64,000 bases of DNA from Veleropilina oligotropha. Lineage: Eukaryota. The translations under genes and the position numbers were made by a program. Shown one piece after another: positions 48,442-61,693 of this stretch; positions within the stretch are counted from its first letter, which is position 1; each line of letters begins with the position of its first letter. The stretch lies in NCBI GenBank assembly GCA_048128005.1, contig JBEUKZ010000127.1, forward strand, positions 434,001 to 498,000. Reading direction: 5' to 3'. The notes under the pieces were generated by a model, which worked only from the letters and a program-made list of their open reading frames with translations, was not told the DNA's origin and searched no databases.

Positions 48442-48855
48442 ATGAAATCCATGAAATCTATGCTACTGTGCATTGTCGCGGTGTGCTGGCTAGGGGGTAC
48501 CACCCAGGCGTCGTCGCGTGACACTGCATTAATTCTCGAACACACGTGGGCTAGGTACCGCAACGACCCCCTGTATAACCCCCGATTCGATCACTTGCGA
48601 AGAAACTTGCTACGAGACCCACCTCCAGTGCGGGCACCGTCATGTCACTATTTCATTACCGATGGAGAGAACGATTGTGGCCCAGATCCTAATATCGTTG
48701 TGTGTATTGAGTGCGCTGAGCCGTCCTTATGTCACGGTAAACGTGGGAATTATTTCTCCATGTTATCTACGGGCTGCTTCGGTATGTGGAGAAAAGTCGG
48801 ACACATCTCACCCTGTAATTGTACTTTAATATCGGGCAACTATATATTCATATAA
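48442..48855 (+). CDS. Secreted cysteine-rich protein, possibly cystine-knot (IL-17-like)
   Basis: Signal-peptide-like N-terminus (MLLCIVAVCWLGGTTQA); eight Cys in the C-terminal half ending in CxC. Confidence 0.65.
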   Translation: MKSMKSMLLCIVAVCWLGGTTQASSRDTALILEHTWARYRNDPLYNPRFDHLRRNLLRDPPPVRAPSCHYFITDGENDCGPDPNIVVCIECAEPSLCHGKRGNYFSMLSTGCFGMWRKVGHISPCNCTLISGNYIFI

Positions 48856-49777
48856 ACCAGCTGATTAGGAAATCTCTTGCCTTACAATATGTCACAGCTG
48901 GTTATATAAACATTTTTCAGGTCGACGAGAGCGACCTCTGTCCGATTTATGAATGAAATACCTCGCATCAATAAGTTACTAGTCGAACCTGGTCACGTGT
49001 AGTATTAATACAGCCTGCCGGCTGTCTATCCAGTACAACCTATTCATAGCGTTTCGCTTCGCGATCTCGGGGATTCCCCCTGCCAGCAATGAATTGAAAA
49101 CAAGAAACAATAGACGCCTAATAGCCTAATGAGTTTCTCAGCGGGTATGAATAGATATTCTTCTATTATCAAGACATGCCAAATCCGGGTATTTAAAATA
49201 CCTCGGCCGCGTATTGTTTCCCCGAGCTCACAAGCCGCTTATCTGTCTGGCTGGTTAACCCAGCTAAAAACAGATTTTGTCAAACGTAGTACAGAAATTG
49301 CAAGCTGTCGATAGCTTTTGGTGACCCAGTAAAAAAAGGTTTGACCCAGTGAACAGTATCTGCTCCATTTAAAATTATTTTGTCCAGAAACGGGTCATCG
49401 CTCTAGTTACAAAGTTTTGGTCCAGATGTTTACATCTGGACAATTTATTCTCTAAATGGAAATTCTACATGGTAACAATGAGTCAGCAATATAAAGTCTA
49501 CACGTGACAATAAAGATTCTCGAGAATGAGGACACTAGGTCAGCCACGGGCTATGAATACACCATTGACACATAGACTATATCGGCGCCTCCACTACAGC
49601 TATAACGTTACGCTCTGTACACACGGTAACTTTTTGTGATACAAGCTTATACCCTGAGTTCTGGAATAGGGCTGGGAGCCTTAATTTCCCCCGCCGCGCC
49701 CCCACATAAAAGGTATGGTCACCCCCCCCTGCTGCTGCTGGTTTTATGCCTGAAAAACTGCCCCTATTAGAGTACAC

Positions 49778-50005
49778 TCACCCCCCCTGCTGACTATTCT
49801 AAGCTACCCTAGTTTGTACACACGGTAACTTTTTGTAATACAATCCCTACCCTGGGGTCTGAAATATAGCTGGGAGCCTTAATTTCCCTCGCCGCGCCCC
49901 TAGTCTAACTCCCTAGCCCTCCACAGTAATACCAGCTCAGTTCTGAAATGGTGCTGGGAGCCTTATTTTCCCATTCTAAAAAGTCCAATCACCCCCCCTG
50001 CTGCT
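49778..50005 (-). repeat. Right terminal inverted repeat (228 bp)
   Basis: Reverse complement of 34123-34350; ends CTGCTGCT. Confidence 0.97.
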
Positions 50006-50207
50006 CATGGGGAAGCGTGGCCGATTGGATACGGTGGTGGTCTACTAAACGGGAGGTCACGGGTTCAAGCCCCGGGAGTGCCGGGGATTTTTTAAATGAT
50101 CGCTGCCTCCATTGCACACAGCACCACTCCACTTCATTTCATGATTCAAAGTTGATTGACTCGATGTATATCTGAAATACTGTCGTTAAACATAAAATCA
50201 GCACGCC
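50006..50207 (+). mobile_element. tRNA-derived SINE whose 5' end was the insertion site of the virus
   Basis: A box TGGCCGATTGG, B box GGTTCAAGCC, 3' cgttaaac; candidate TSD ttatcagtac at 34107-34116 and 50208-50217. Confidence 0.65.
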
Positions 50208-51137
50208 TTATCAGTACTATAACCATTGAATACTAAGACTCGATAACGATGGGCATACTGTAGGCCTAATGCATTAGTCAAATGGAAATTTCCATTCGCA
50301 ATTTGTGTTGCATTAATATAAGAGTATAAATAAGTCCTTAATTTGTATAAAAATTCAAAATATATATTTCTCTTGCTGGCATCTGTTGGTTGTTTGTCTT
50401 AGTATACTAAGTATTATTATCCTATGCATTGGTGTCTTGATGAAGCGAGTCCAATCAAACAGATTAAAGCGACTTCATGTTATAACTTACGCAAGGCTTG
50501 GTGGTCTACAAGATATAATGTCAACTTTACAAGAACAATTAAAATCCGGATATAAAAACTAAAGTTTGATGTATAGGCATATACGTATACAACATCCCCG
50601 CTGTAGCCTACCAACCTAAATGCTCATGTCCGTTTCAGCGAGCCTGAAAGACTGTACGTTTATTTTCATCTAAGGTTGCAGAAAATAACATAAAAATACT
50701 TGGATATTTATTAAATCATAGCTCTTGCTATTTTCAAAGATTTTGTCTTTCATGTTTGCAAACATATTAGTATCCATTCCATTATTATCCATTCCCGTCC
50801 TAAAATGTATCTTGCATGATCATAATCGTCACGTGGTTTAGGTTATCCTAGTTAATTACAGTAATAGTCTAGGTTTGATGTCCAATTATATCATCGTTCT
50901 TTTAGACCATTTGTGTTTATGTCTCTGCCACTTTGCGCTTGTGACATTGATTTCTTGTTTTCAAATATTTAAACATTATTCATGTCGAAGGGATAACTTG
51001 ATATGCTTATGTCTTTTAAGTTATATCACTACGCCTTACTGTAGAAAGTACTATATTAACATATACATGTAGGAGATATAATTTTAATGTACGTGCGTAT
51101 ATAATTATTTTACTAGCATCGCATGTAAAACAGGGCC

Positions 51138-51138
<1 letters not shown>

Positions 51139-51225
<87 letters not shown>
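51139..51225. repeat. (TA)n microsatellite
   Basis: Directly visible. Confidence 0.98.
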
Positions 51226-52077
51226 GCATAGACAGTTTGTGATTGTATGCATAGTAACATTCAAATATTTGCATTTCATAAGGAGTAGATATAATTGTTT
51301 ATCCAAGTGTTAATATCTATATCAAAGATGCTTATTATGTCTGTCGTGAATTGGTGATGCATTTCCTCTTGCATTTATTCTCTTTGCTGTGTTTGGTCAT
51401 AACATATTTGGGAGATAACTGCTTGATGGAGTTGATTGCAGCATAGCAGCTACTGCTGTGATCAATTAATAGCCCAAATTGGTGTTATGTTGACACAAGT
51501 AATTTTCATAATTAGCTTTAATCGCATGCCAAAGACAATGATACACAAACCACAGCTAGGATATACTGCCTTATTGACTTTGGATCATAAAACCTGTTAC
51601 AGGGACATTAGCTCTTGAGAGGGGCAATGTACAATAATTGGACAAAGTAAATATTACTGAAACTCAAGCCATTCAAGATATTTTCTTGGTAATCAAGAAA
51701 TATATATTACGCATTGAGTGACCTTCAGTAAAAATTTCAAATAAATGGCATCAGTATAAGAGCTATTTTATGGATGCTTTAAAATGCAAAAATCATTTAC
51801 GCGCTTTTTATACATATCAATATCAATAATATATGCATTATTACTATGATAGAGCACATTCATGAGATTAAAATAAATTATGTTTTGTTTCATACCAAAA
51901 GTACCTGATATCTAAATTAAAGCTGTTTTATAGGTTTGTGTCTATATTTGCATAAATGGTCTTTTATGTAAACACAGCCATCTCATTGTGTTTATGTGCA
52001 TGTTCAACTAATTATAAAATTACAATAATATTGAAATGCAATGTACTTCAATTGACATCACCTAGCATACACATATG

Positions 52078-55000
52078 TTTAAATAGATTTAAATAGATTT
52101 AAATAGAATTTGTTTGGGTTTAGGAAGTGCATTACTGCCACTCATATAAAAACCCATTGTCGTTTCTGGTCATCTATAGACTGCCCTGTTTCTTAAAATA
52201 ATCATCTATGCGGTTTTTAAATTGGTTTACAGATGTTGATTCTACTACATTACTAGGAAGACTGTTCCATTCATCAACAACCCGATTTGAGAAAAAGTGT
52301 TTTCTAACGTCGAGTCGGAATCTTTTTTTGTAAACTTTGTATTTATGGCCCCTGGTCGGTCTTTGGTTCATCTGAAAAAAGAAAGTACTGTCAACATTGT
52401 CAATTCCTGTAAACATTTTAAATACCTGAATCATATCCCCCCGTGTCCTTCTCAAAGACAATGTTGTGAGGTTAAGTGCTCTTAGTCTAAGGTAATTCTC
52501 TCAATTCGCCTATCAATTTTGTGGCTCTTCTTTGAACTTGTTCAAGAATTTTGATATCCTTTGCAAGATATGGGCTCCATGCTTGCACTGCATATTCTAA
52601 ATGCGGTCTAACCATTTGCTTGTATAAACGTGTTATGATGACTCTGGATTTAAAATTAAAGTTTCTCTTTATCATTCCCAATATTTGATTTCCCTTTTTA
52701 GCTGATTCTGCACATTGATTTGATGGCTTAAACGTATTGTCTACCCATACACCCAAATCTTTCTCCTTTGTTACTACTTCTAAGGTATCTGAACCCATTT
52801 TATAATTGAAACTTTTGTTGTTATAACCCGCATGCAATACCTTACATTTACTGGTGTTAAAAAGCATTTGCCAATCCTCTGACCATTTTACCAGATTGTT
52901 TAAATCACTTTGAAGTGTTTTTGCATCTTCTTCAGTTTCAACAATTCTGTACAATTTGGTATCGTCTGCAAACTTTTTTACAAGAGACGTAATGACGTCA
53001 TCAATGTCATTTAAATATATAAGAAACAGCAATGGGCCCAAAACAGAACCTTGTGGGACTCCACTTAGTACCGGCTCCCACTTTGACTTGATCCCATTTA
53101 TTACAACCCTCTGTTTTCTATTTTCTAGCCACATCCTTATCCAGTTTAATATTGGACCTTTCAGACCATGGTTACTTAATTTTTGTATCAGCCGTTTATG
53201 TGGTACTTTGTCGAATGCCTTTTGAAAATCAAGATATATTATATCAACTGGTTTGCCCGTATCTATGGCGGCTGTTACATCTTCAAAAAATTCCAGTAAG
53301 TTGGTTAAACAAGACCGTTTCGCCATAAACCCATGCTGGATAAGGTTTAGCAAGTCAAATTTATTAATGTGTTGTAAGATAGCATCCTTTAAGATAGATT
53401 CCATGATCTTGCCTACTATTGATGTCAGACTAATAGGTCGATAATTTTGGGTGTTTGACCTACTTCCCTTCTTAAAGATTGGGGTAATATTACCAATTTT
53501 CCAGTCATCAGGCAAACTTCCTTCTTTTAATGATTTATTGAATATTATGGTTAATGGCTTTACTAATTCTTCCTTACCGGCTTTCAGCAATTTGGGATAT
53601 ATATTGTCCGGACCTGGAGCTTTACTGACATTTAGTAAGTTTATCTTTTTTTCAACCATTTCAGTCGTAATCTCAATACTTTCACAAAAGTTTTCCTTTT
53701 CTCGAAAGATATGTTTTTCTGGTGGCATGTTTACCGTATCCTCCAACGTATAGACAGATGCAAAATATTTGTTTAAGGATTCTGCGATTTGTGAATCATC
53801 TGATATAGAATTTCCCTTTTCATCTTTCAGGGGACCTACGACATCTTTTGTTTTTTTGTTTTGACCTAATATAAGCATAAAATGATTTTGGATTTTCTTT
53901 GATGTTTTTTGCTAGATTTTCTTCAAAACATTTCTTGGCTGCTCGGATTTCTTTTTTACACGTTTTTTCACATTCTTTATATTTTTGGTGGTCATCTGTG
54001 TCATGTGACTCCCTGTATCGTTTCCAACGCTTATATGTCCTTCTGATAATTTTTCTTACTTTCCTGGTTAGCCATGGTGGTGAATGCTGTTTGCGCCTAC
54101 ACTTTAGTGGAACATTTACTTTCATTATTTCTTCGATGTTAATTCGAAAAGTTTCCCAACCTTCTTTAGCATTTAGGTTTTCAAATTCTCCCCAGTTTAT
54201 ATTTCGGAAATCTGACTTAATTTTGTCAAAGTCTGCTTTTCGAAAATCTGGTATTTCTTGTTTGCTTGTTTTCATAGTTGTTTTTGTGTGTAGATGAAAT
54301 TCAATCAAGTCATGATCACTACTTCCAAGTTTACCAATTCTGCTTATGTTTTGAACCATATTTAATTCACTGGAAAACACTAAATCTAATACATTGTTAC
54401 CTCTAGTTGGGAAATCCACATGTTGATGCATAAATCCATTTTGCATTGTTGTTAAAAAGTCATTGCCTGCTTTCCCACTATGCAAATTTTTCCAACTTAT
54501 ATCCGGGTAGTTAAAGTCTCCCATAACTAATACGTTTAGTTTACAGTTACTCACTCTCGCTAACGTTTTGTTTAAGTTAGCACTATTCTCTTCTGGGCTA
54601 TTTGGTGAACGGTAAATAATACCGACAATTGTGGAATCTCTTTTATTACTGGCCAAAATTTCGCACCAAACTGAATTTTGAAAAGAGTTTATTTTAAAAT
54701 CGTCACGAGAAACAGAATTTAGTTCTTCTTTTATGTATAGCAGTACCCCTCCCCCTCTGCCTTTTAAAGTATCTGTTCTATCCTCTCTGTATAATTTGTA
54801 ACCCAACACATTTAATTCTGCATCTTTTATGTTATTGTTTGTCCATGACTCTGTAACTCCTAACACATCTGGGTTGTGTACATCTATTATTGTTTCTAAT
54901 TCCCCTCGTTTATTCATCACACTTTGTGCATTTGTAAAGATAACTTTTAGCTCTTTTTTGTCTTTTGTATCACCTCTAGATTTAGATGGGCCCGTTTTCT

Positions 55001-55205
55001 TTCCAGTGGCTGGAGTTTTTCTTTCCATCTTTGCATTATTTGGATCACTAATGTCTGGCTGTTTTGTTCCCTTTACCTGCTTTGTTGATCCCACGTCCCC
55101 CTTTAACAGTTAAATGCTCCTCTATCGCCCTATTTACCCCTCTGGCCAACACTTCTGCACCCTCCAGCGAAGGGTGCAGACCATCTTTGAAGTACAGTGA
55201 CCACA
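52078..55205 (-). mobile_element. CR1 LINE, 5'-truncated: ORF1 esterase tail plus frameshifted ORF2
   Basis: ORFs 53820-55094 (TNAQS, VTESW, GDFN, SDH), 52487-53878 (YLDFQKAFD, GVPQGSVLGP, FADD) and 52174-52461; upstream minus frame reads DGLHPSLEGAEVLA (SGNH-type DxxH); 10-bp tandem tail aaatagattt. Confidence 0.93.
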
Positions 55206-55364
55206 CATAATCCGCATTGCTTAGCTGTAATCAACAAAATATTATGCAAACAATTGGACACAGCATGTGTCTGATATAACTATACCCAATGAAGCATTGC
55301 CTCTATTTATTTTGCTGCAGTCAAATGTAGTTGTTTAAACGGGTTATGTTCTCGATTCGATAAT

Positions 55365-55587
55365 AAACTGTCCTCGATGACCCAACTGGTTAGGGCGTCG
55401 GAAACACGTTAAGTGAGACGGTAGGAAGCGGGTTCAATTAAACCCGCGCCGGCCTGGCTTGTTCTAAGGCTTAAAACATATTCCTAATGTATGTCGGTCA
55501 GATCGGAATGAGACCTTAAACCGGGTGTCCCGATCGCGATAAGACTGAAAAATTGTCAAAATTGATCGTTAAACAAATCTACCTACA
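55365..55587 (+). mobile_element. tRNA-derived SINE, family B, with 13-bp TSD
   Basis: TSD tcgattcgataat at 55352-55364 and 55588-55600; B-box-like GGGTTCAA; 3' cgttaaac. Confidence 0.8.
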
Positions 55588-56521
55588 TCGATTCGATAAT
55601 TAAATATACAGAACCAGCATTGTTTGCAGGAAATATTTATAACTAATGCTTCATGTTTCTTGTTTGATGTTACTGTACAACATATTTTTGTCTGCCTCAT
55701 GCTAAATTATCTGTAAATTAACATGCACAGTTTTGATCATTGGGCCAATGTTCATTGACAAGATAATTTCATATATGATCGTGTTTAATTTACAGTATTT
55801 GTTCTTCCAAATGTATTTAGACCGATCGTATTATGTAAGATATATTATCATTTAATGTATGACGTGAACCATATAATTATTAATTATTATGCCAGCAGCA
55901 AATCAATGAAAACATACATGTAATGTAATTATCCGTATCGCGTTCCTAAATTGTGTGAAGAGCTTATCTTTGGAAATATTTTTATATGTCTTCTATTCTT
56001 ACTGTATTACGGTTTGGAGCACGCATTAATTTTGGTCGCTTGCATACTATTGTCAGTATTAACGTCATTTCGTGAATGTAAAGCATAACTAATATAATAG
56101 CTTATAAATTGAATTGGATGCACGTTCGCACAGATCGATACAAAGCGAAGATATGATCGATATATAATCAAATGATAGATTTTTATTGAAATAATTATTG
56201 TAACTAAAGTGTTGATTTCTGCCTATGTGTCTCTATTCCTGAATGAGTGTTAGGCGAAGTTTGTTGACATTCATTCAATGGGGCGATATATTAATGTCAA
56301 GTGCGTTTGACGAATCTGCGCCTTTCACGCAACATAAAATTGTTAACTTGTGCTACCATTGACCAATCGCGCAACACAAATTATGAATGACGGCATAATT
56401 TTATGAATATAATATTATATTACACATTACTAGTGATGCCGTTTAATCACTGCTTTGCTAACAAATATTTGATATTATGAATGCACTTAGACTATCGTAT
56501 TATTATGAAATATATATAATC

Positions 56522-56523
<2 letters not shown>

Positions 56524-56555
<32 letters not shown>

Positions 56556-58277
56556 TAATACATTTATAATGCGCCTATTCTAGTGTAGCTCTAAGCGCAG
56601 TACAAACTATAACTAATATTACAGTACAATGTACACAAGAATATACAGGAGAGACATCAATGATACATACTATGAATGCAATAAGCAATAATAATAATAA
56701 ACAGAATATTTTTTTGTTGAGTTTTTTCAATTTTATTATTTTTTTTTACAAGCGCAATCAGACAAAGAGGTGAAGCAGCCATCAGCGTGAACTTCAACCA
56801 ACTTTGAATGATACATATGATGAATGCTATAAGCAATAACAATAAACAGATGTGAAGCAGCCATTACTGTCCTCCACTACTACGATGTCAGCTGAATTGT
56901 TAGTGAGATTTGATCAGGTTGGCATATACATCAGCAAATAGGTGCGTTTTCAACGTCTTCCAAAAACTTGTCTGAGATGTGCTTTCCTTTACTTTAGATG
57001 GGAGTTTGTTCCAGAGTTTTGGGGCATTGTTGATAAATGCTCTATCGCCATATTTATTCTTTGTTCTATTCTCTGTCAACTGTTGTAAATGCTGCGACCT
57101 AAGTGCTCTAATAGGTCGATATTGAGCAAGAAGTTCAATAATATATCCAGGCGCTTTTCCTTGAAGAGAATTGTAAACGAATGTAAGAATTTTGAAGATA
57201 ATCCGTTTCTCAACAGGGAGCCAGTGTAGGCTATATAGCAGCGGGGTTGCATGGTCCCTTGGCTGGGCAAGTAAAATCAGCCTGGCTGCGGCATTCTGAA
57301 CTTGCTGCAATCTGTTAATGAGGCTTGCGTTTATTCCGAAAAGTAAACTGTTGGAATAATCTAGGCGAGATATGACATATGCATGCACAAGAAGCTTCGT
57401 TGCATCTGGTGTTAAAAAACGACGGATGCGTCTGATGTTTCTTAGGAAGAATAATGAGCATTTAACTTTATCAGAGACGAATTTTTCCATCGACATAGTG
57501 TTGTCGAAGTAAGCACCCGAATTTCTTACAAATTCGCTGGAGTTTATTTCAGTTTCACCAACTTGTAGGTTTACATCTCGGACCTTTGTGATGTTACTTC
57601 TTGAGCCAAATATAATAAACTCAGTTTTATCATCATTGAGTTTCAGCATGTTTGTGCACATCCAGTGTTTGATCTCTGAAACACAGCTCTCCAATATATC
57701 TAGGCTTGCATTGAAGGAGCTTTTGGGATCAAATGCAATATATATTTGACTGTCATCTGCGTAGAAATGATAGGACAGATTATATTTGGAGGCAATCTCT
57801 GCTACGGGTGTGACATACATCGAAAACAGAATCGGACCTAAGACGGAACCTTGTGGCACACCGTAAGGGAGAGAGGCAGGGTCACTTTTCATGCCGTTTA
57901 TGACGACGGTTTGTTTTCGCTCATGTAGATATGACTTGATCCATGTAAGCGCTGATTGCTTGATTCCAAAGTAGGCGTTCAGGCGGTTAAACAGAATTTG
58001 GTGGTCAATTGTATCGAAAGCTGCACTCAGGTCAAGCAAGGCGAGAGCAACCATTGATTTCTGATGTAGAGATTGAAGTATGTCATTCTGAACCTTTAAA
58101 AGGGCTGTTTCTGTGGAGTGAAACATGCGATACGCTGATTGGTATTTGTCCAAAAGCATGTGATTTTTCAGGTGAGAATTTAATCGAATTGCTACAACAC
58201 GTTCCACAAGTTTTGAAATAAAACTTAGATTAGAAACCGGTCGATAATTTTTCAGATTGTTTTGATCCAAATTGGCC
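56524..58277 (-). mobile_element. L2 family 1 copy D (5'-truncated; RT ORF 56900-58270 open)
   Basis: Near-identical to the 3' half of copy A; (TAA)n tail. Confidence 0.93.
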
Positions 58278-60946
58278 AGTTTTAATGTGGTTGTTGGTTA
58301 TTCTTCATAATAGGCGATGACGCCTATAATAAAATGGGTTTTTAAAAACGGATTTTGAAATGGGTATTTCTCTCTTGTATTGATGCGGCTTGATGTTCCT
58401 CTGATAGGCTTATTAAAAACATTTACATGGAAATAAATTCCTTATAGATCTCGGACCCTTGTTGCAAGCTGGTCAGTAACAAAGCACTGAGGCTCCCTTA
58501 TTGACTTTGTATTGTAATGTCCAGAGCAATAAACCACCGGCAAACTCTTTGATCACCTTGGGCTGATGGCCTCATCTTTACACAAGTAATTGGTCATAAA
58601 ATGGCAGCCAAGGAAATTGGACTCAGAAATAAAATAACTTTTCCTAAAACTGAGAATAAACATTGGAATTGCATATAATTTGGCACAAACTATCAGTTGC
58701 ATGATATGACAATTGTGTTAAAAATACAACTTTGCAACTGTAATACGAGCGGACTTATTGAAGTTTTAAAATGAGAAATGTAACCACGCCTATCCTCAAG
58801 ATTTAAAAAGAAAGCAGTATTTTTTATATATATTTGGCAAGAGAAATTCAATGTGAATAAAATGATATATATTAGGTTTCACAAATTTAAAAATTAAAGA
58901 AACTAGTCTTTTAAATTTTTTAATTTTAAATGATCATAGCCATTAATACGTTTGTGATAGCAACTTTTCGCTCACAATACAATATAAAGATGATATGATG
59001 CAGAGTAATATCGATTTTCACTTTGATCGGACCAACAGTTAATGAGAAATTGGCATTTTAATTAATTTAAACTATTCAAGAAAATGGCATAACCACAAGA
59101 CGCATCGACGAACTCTTTGTAGCAAAGGTAACTTAGCGTACGCATCAACCCCCCTGTGAAGCTTAAAAAGAATAGTTAAAGCGAGATAAAAGTTATAAGC
59201 AAATTAAAAATGTTGAAAATTTCAATTATTTCCCAAGATTCGGACGCCCACAAATGCCATGTTTTAATACATATCGATTTTTCGCTTTCAATATGACTTC
59301 GTCGTAAGATGTACATCATATCTGGAAAGTTTCTCTTCGCTGGCTTTGACGGTTTTTGAGACGATTATTTTTTAAGAAGATTAATTAATCTAAAATAGCT
59401 CCCGAACGCTGGGACCTATGATGTCAAAATTTTGCGATGCACTGCTTCGCGTTTGTACCCATGTTTCGTGAAAGTTTGAAAAGCTTGACCAAAGCAGTTT
59501 TTGAGTTACAGCTGGAAGGAAAAAGGGGAGAAAATAAATAATAATAATAATAATTCCTACAATAACAATAGTGCTTCGCGCTTAAGCTGCGAAGCACTAA
59601 TAATTCCTACAATAACAATAGTGCTTCGTGCTTAAGCTGCGAAGCACTAATAATTCCTACAATAACAATAGTGCTTCGCGCTTAAGCTGCGAAGCACTAA
59701 TAATATCCAAAGTTACGTTTGTTCTGCCTTCATGCTTCACTTTAAACGTCTTATATCGAAAATAATGAATTGCGCACGATCAGCTTGAAGCCCTGTACAG
59801 CTGCTTTGCAGCTTTAATTAGTATTATTATTTTGTGATTGTTTGTTCCTAATTATCTCTGAAACTACAAATGTGATCCATGTCAAAATTCAGAAGTGGAC
59901 AGGTATAATAGGGAACTCGTGTGAAACTTTAAAATTGACTTTCTAGGTATTGCTGTTTGGATGCTATCTTGTATTTTCCAAACAAATGACTTCTTTTTAA
60001 AAAATCTTCTTCTCCGAAACCGCCGAACAGATCGAGGCGCCGATCAGGATATATTATCTAGACAATAGGAAGAAATATATTTGCACAGGAAAATTTCATC
60101 GGACGTAAAATAAGGTGGCTACGGATATTTCAATCTTTATAAAAAATGGAACTTTTCACATTTTTATATCGATTATAAATCTTATTCAGCTTTATCTATT
60201 CGTTTCAATGTTGACTGGGAGGGTTCATGCTTATGTTAAGTTATGTTTGCTGCATATAGATCGTTGGTGCGTCTCGTGGTAATGCTGCAATTTTGAATTA
60301 ATTAAAATAATTCGAACGTAGTTTTATCGTTTATTGTTGCTCTGTTCGAAGTGAAAATCGGCATATGCTTACTTCATTATAATCTATATATTGTTTTGCG
60401 AACGAAAACTTGTTAGCAAAAAGGCATTAACGGTTATGATCAATACAATTTTAAAATGTAAAACGCCTATGGTTCCCTTAATTTTTATTAATATGAAACG
60501 AATCGTAATTCATTTTAATCTCATGAGTGTGTACTATCGGAATATGCATATAACATATTGATATTTTGGGGTATTTAAAAGATAGGCGTATTTAAATTTC
60601 GTGTTTGAAAACTGCCATAAAACAGGTAATAGTGTTGTCATATATTTGAAATTTTAACTGACGGTCTACATCTTTACAAGGAATATATGTTATGATTTTT
60701 ATGAAATTTGATCAATCCGTTCAAGATTTAGATTAAACATTTTGTCCAGACACCAAAGTAATTAGATCATTTAGAGTAATTAAATATCTATCAAATGGGC
60801 ATTTAATTATAATTAAAACATTAGTATAGATTAATTTTAGTGCCCTTTGTGTAAACTTCAGCCCACTAGGGAAACCAGTTACATAACCGAGAGTAGAGTA
60901 TGGCTATAATGGTCAAATAATGTTACACACAATGCACATGTATATG
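56524..60946. repeat. Inverted duplication arm 2 (partner 28205-32611)
   Basis: Reverse-complement match; the non-LINE part shows only a few substitutions. Confidence 0.95.
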
Positions 60947-60959
60947 GGTGCGTCTTTTT

Positions 60960-61693
60960 ACTCAAATATACTCAAATACACTCAAATAAACGTAAATCTA
61001 TTAAAATATGGTAATACATATGTACATAGGAGATGCGTATGTATTAAATGTTATCCCTAAAATGAAAAATGTTCACTGTATCGTGAAGAAATGCCGACAT
61101 ACTTAAAATACAGGTAACGCAACAAGCGAAGACAACGTGGGGATTATAAAATTGATACACCGTTTGTCGAAATCACTGACACGATAATTATCTATTTCAC
61201 CTGTCCATTCTGGACATGTAAAACGCACGACATATGTTAGCAATTAACCCATAGTCGCGTTGGATATAATATCGGGTATCCAGAAATGCTAAATAATTAT
61301 TAAAATCGGTGATTTAGCAAGACTGATTATCATCATTTTTACCGGTTTTGCTAACCCCTGTTTCCGCATCCTGTTGGTATGATTGTGTTAGAAGCGCGTT
61401 TGCACTCCATAATATTATAGTTTTTAGTAAATGCAAAGTTAATTGTAGAATTATATATCATCATTGTCTTCATCCATTTATGCGTTTGAGAATATGTCGC
61501 TCTTCTATTCCCTTGTTGCGTTGGCTCTCTGTTGTCAAATATTTTATTATTTCGAAAGTTCTAGTACAAATGTTAAACATTGTTAATGTAGGGGGTTAAC
61601 TTGATAGTCTTACGTCTTTTAAGTACGCGTATATCACTTTATTTGATTAGATATACGATTATTTGAGCATATTTGAGTGTATTTGAGTATTTG
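60960..61693. mobile_element. Possible MITE-like element with repetitive imperfect inverted ends
   Basis: (actcaaat)x3 at about 60960-60988 versus (atttgag)x3 at about 61661-61690; no TSD established. Confidence 0.4.

Larger units (their letters stand above)
34123..50005. mobile_element. Endogenous Polinton/Maverick-like (polintovirus-type) dsDNA virus, 15,883 bp, both ends intact
   Basis: 228-bp TIRs, CATGG TSD (34118-34122 and 50006-50010), integrase, packaging ATPase, capsid-like genes and PolB/helicase; gene-dense and GC-richer than the flanks. Confidence 0.95.

Noticed and set aside
35094..48563. Numerous antisense and alternative-frame ORFs inside the virus (e.g. 35492-35977, 36744-37166, 40969-41502, 43693-44199, 47834-48268)
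   Set aside because: They overlap motif-bearing genes, lack motifs and are expected in GC-rich DNA
34123..50005. Bacterial prophage or contaminant contig
   Set aside because: Clean TSD-flanked junctions with host repeats; rve integrase and A32 ATPase rather than terminase/portal genes
50010..50085. Functional tRNA gene
   Set aside because: A and B boxes are present but I could not form a convincing acceptor or anticodon stem; it continues into a SINE-like body
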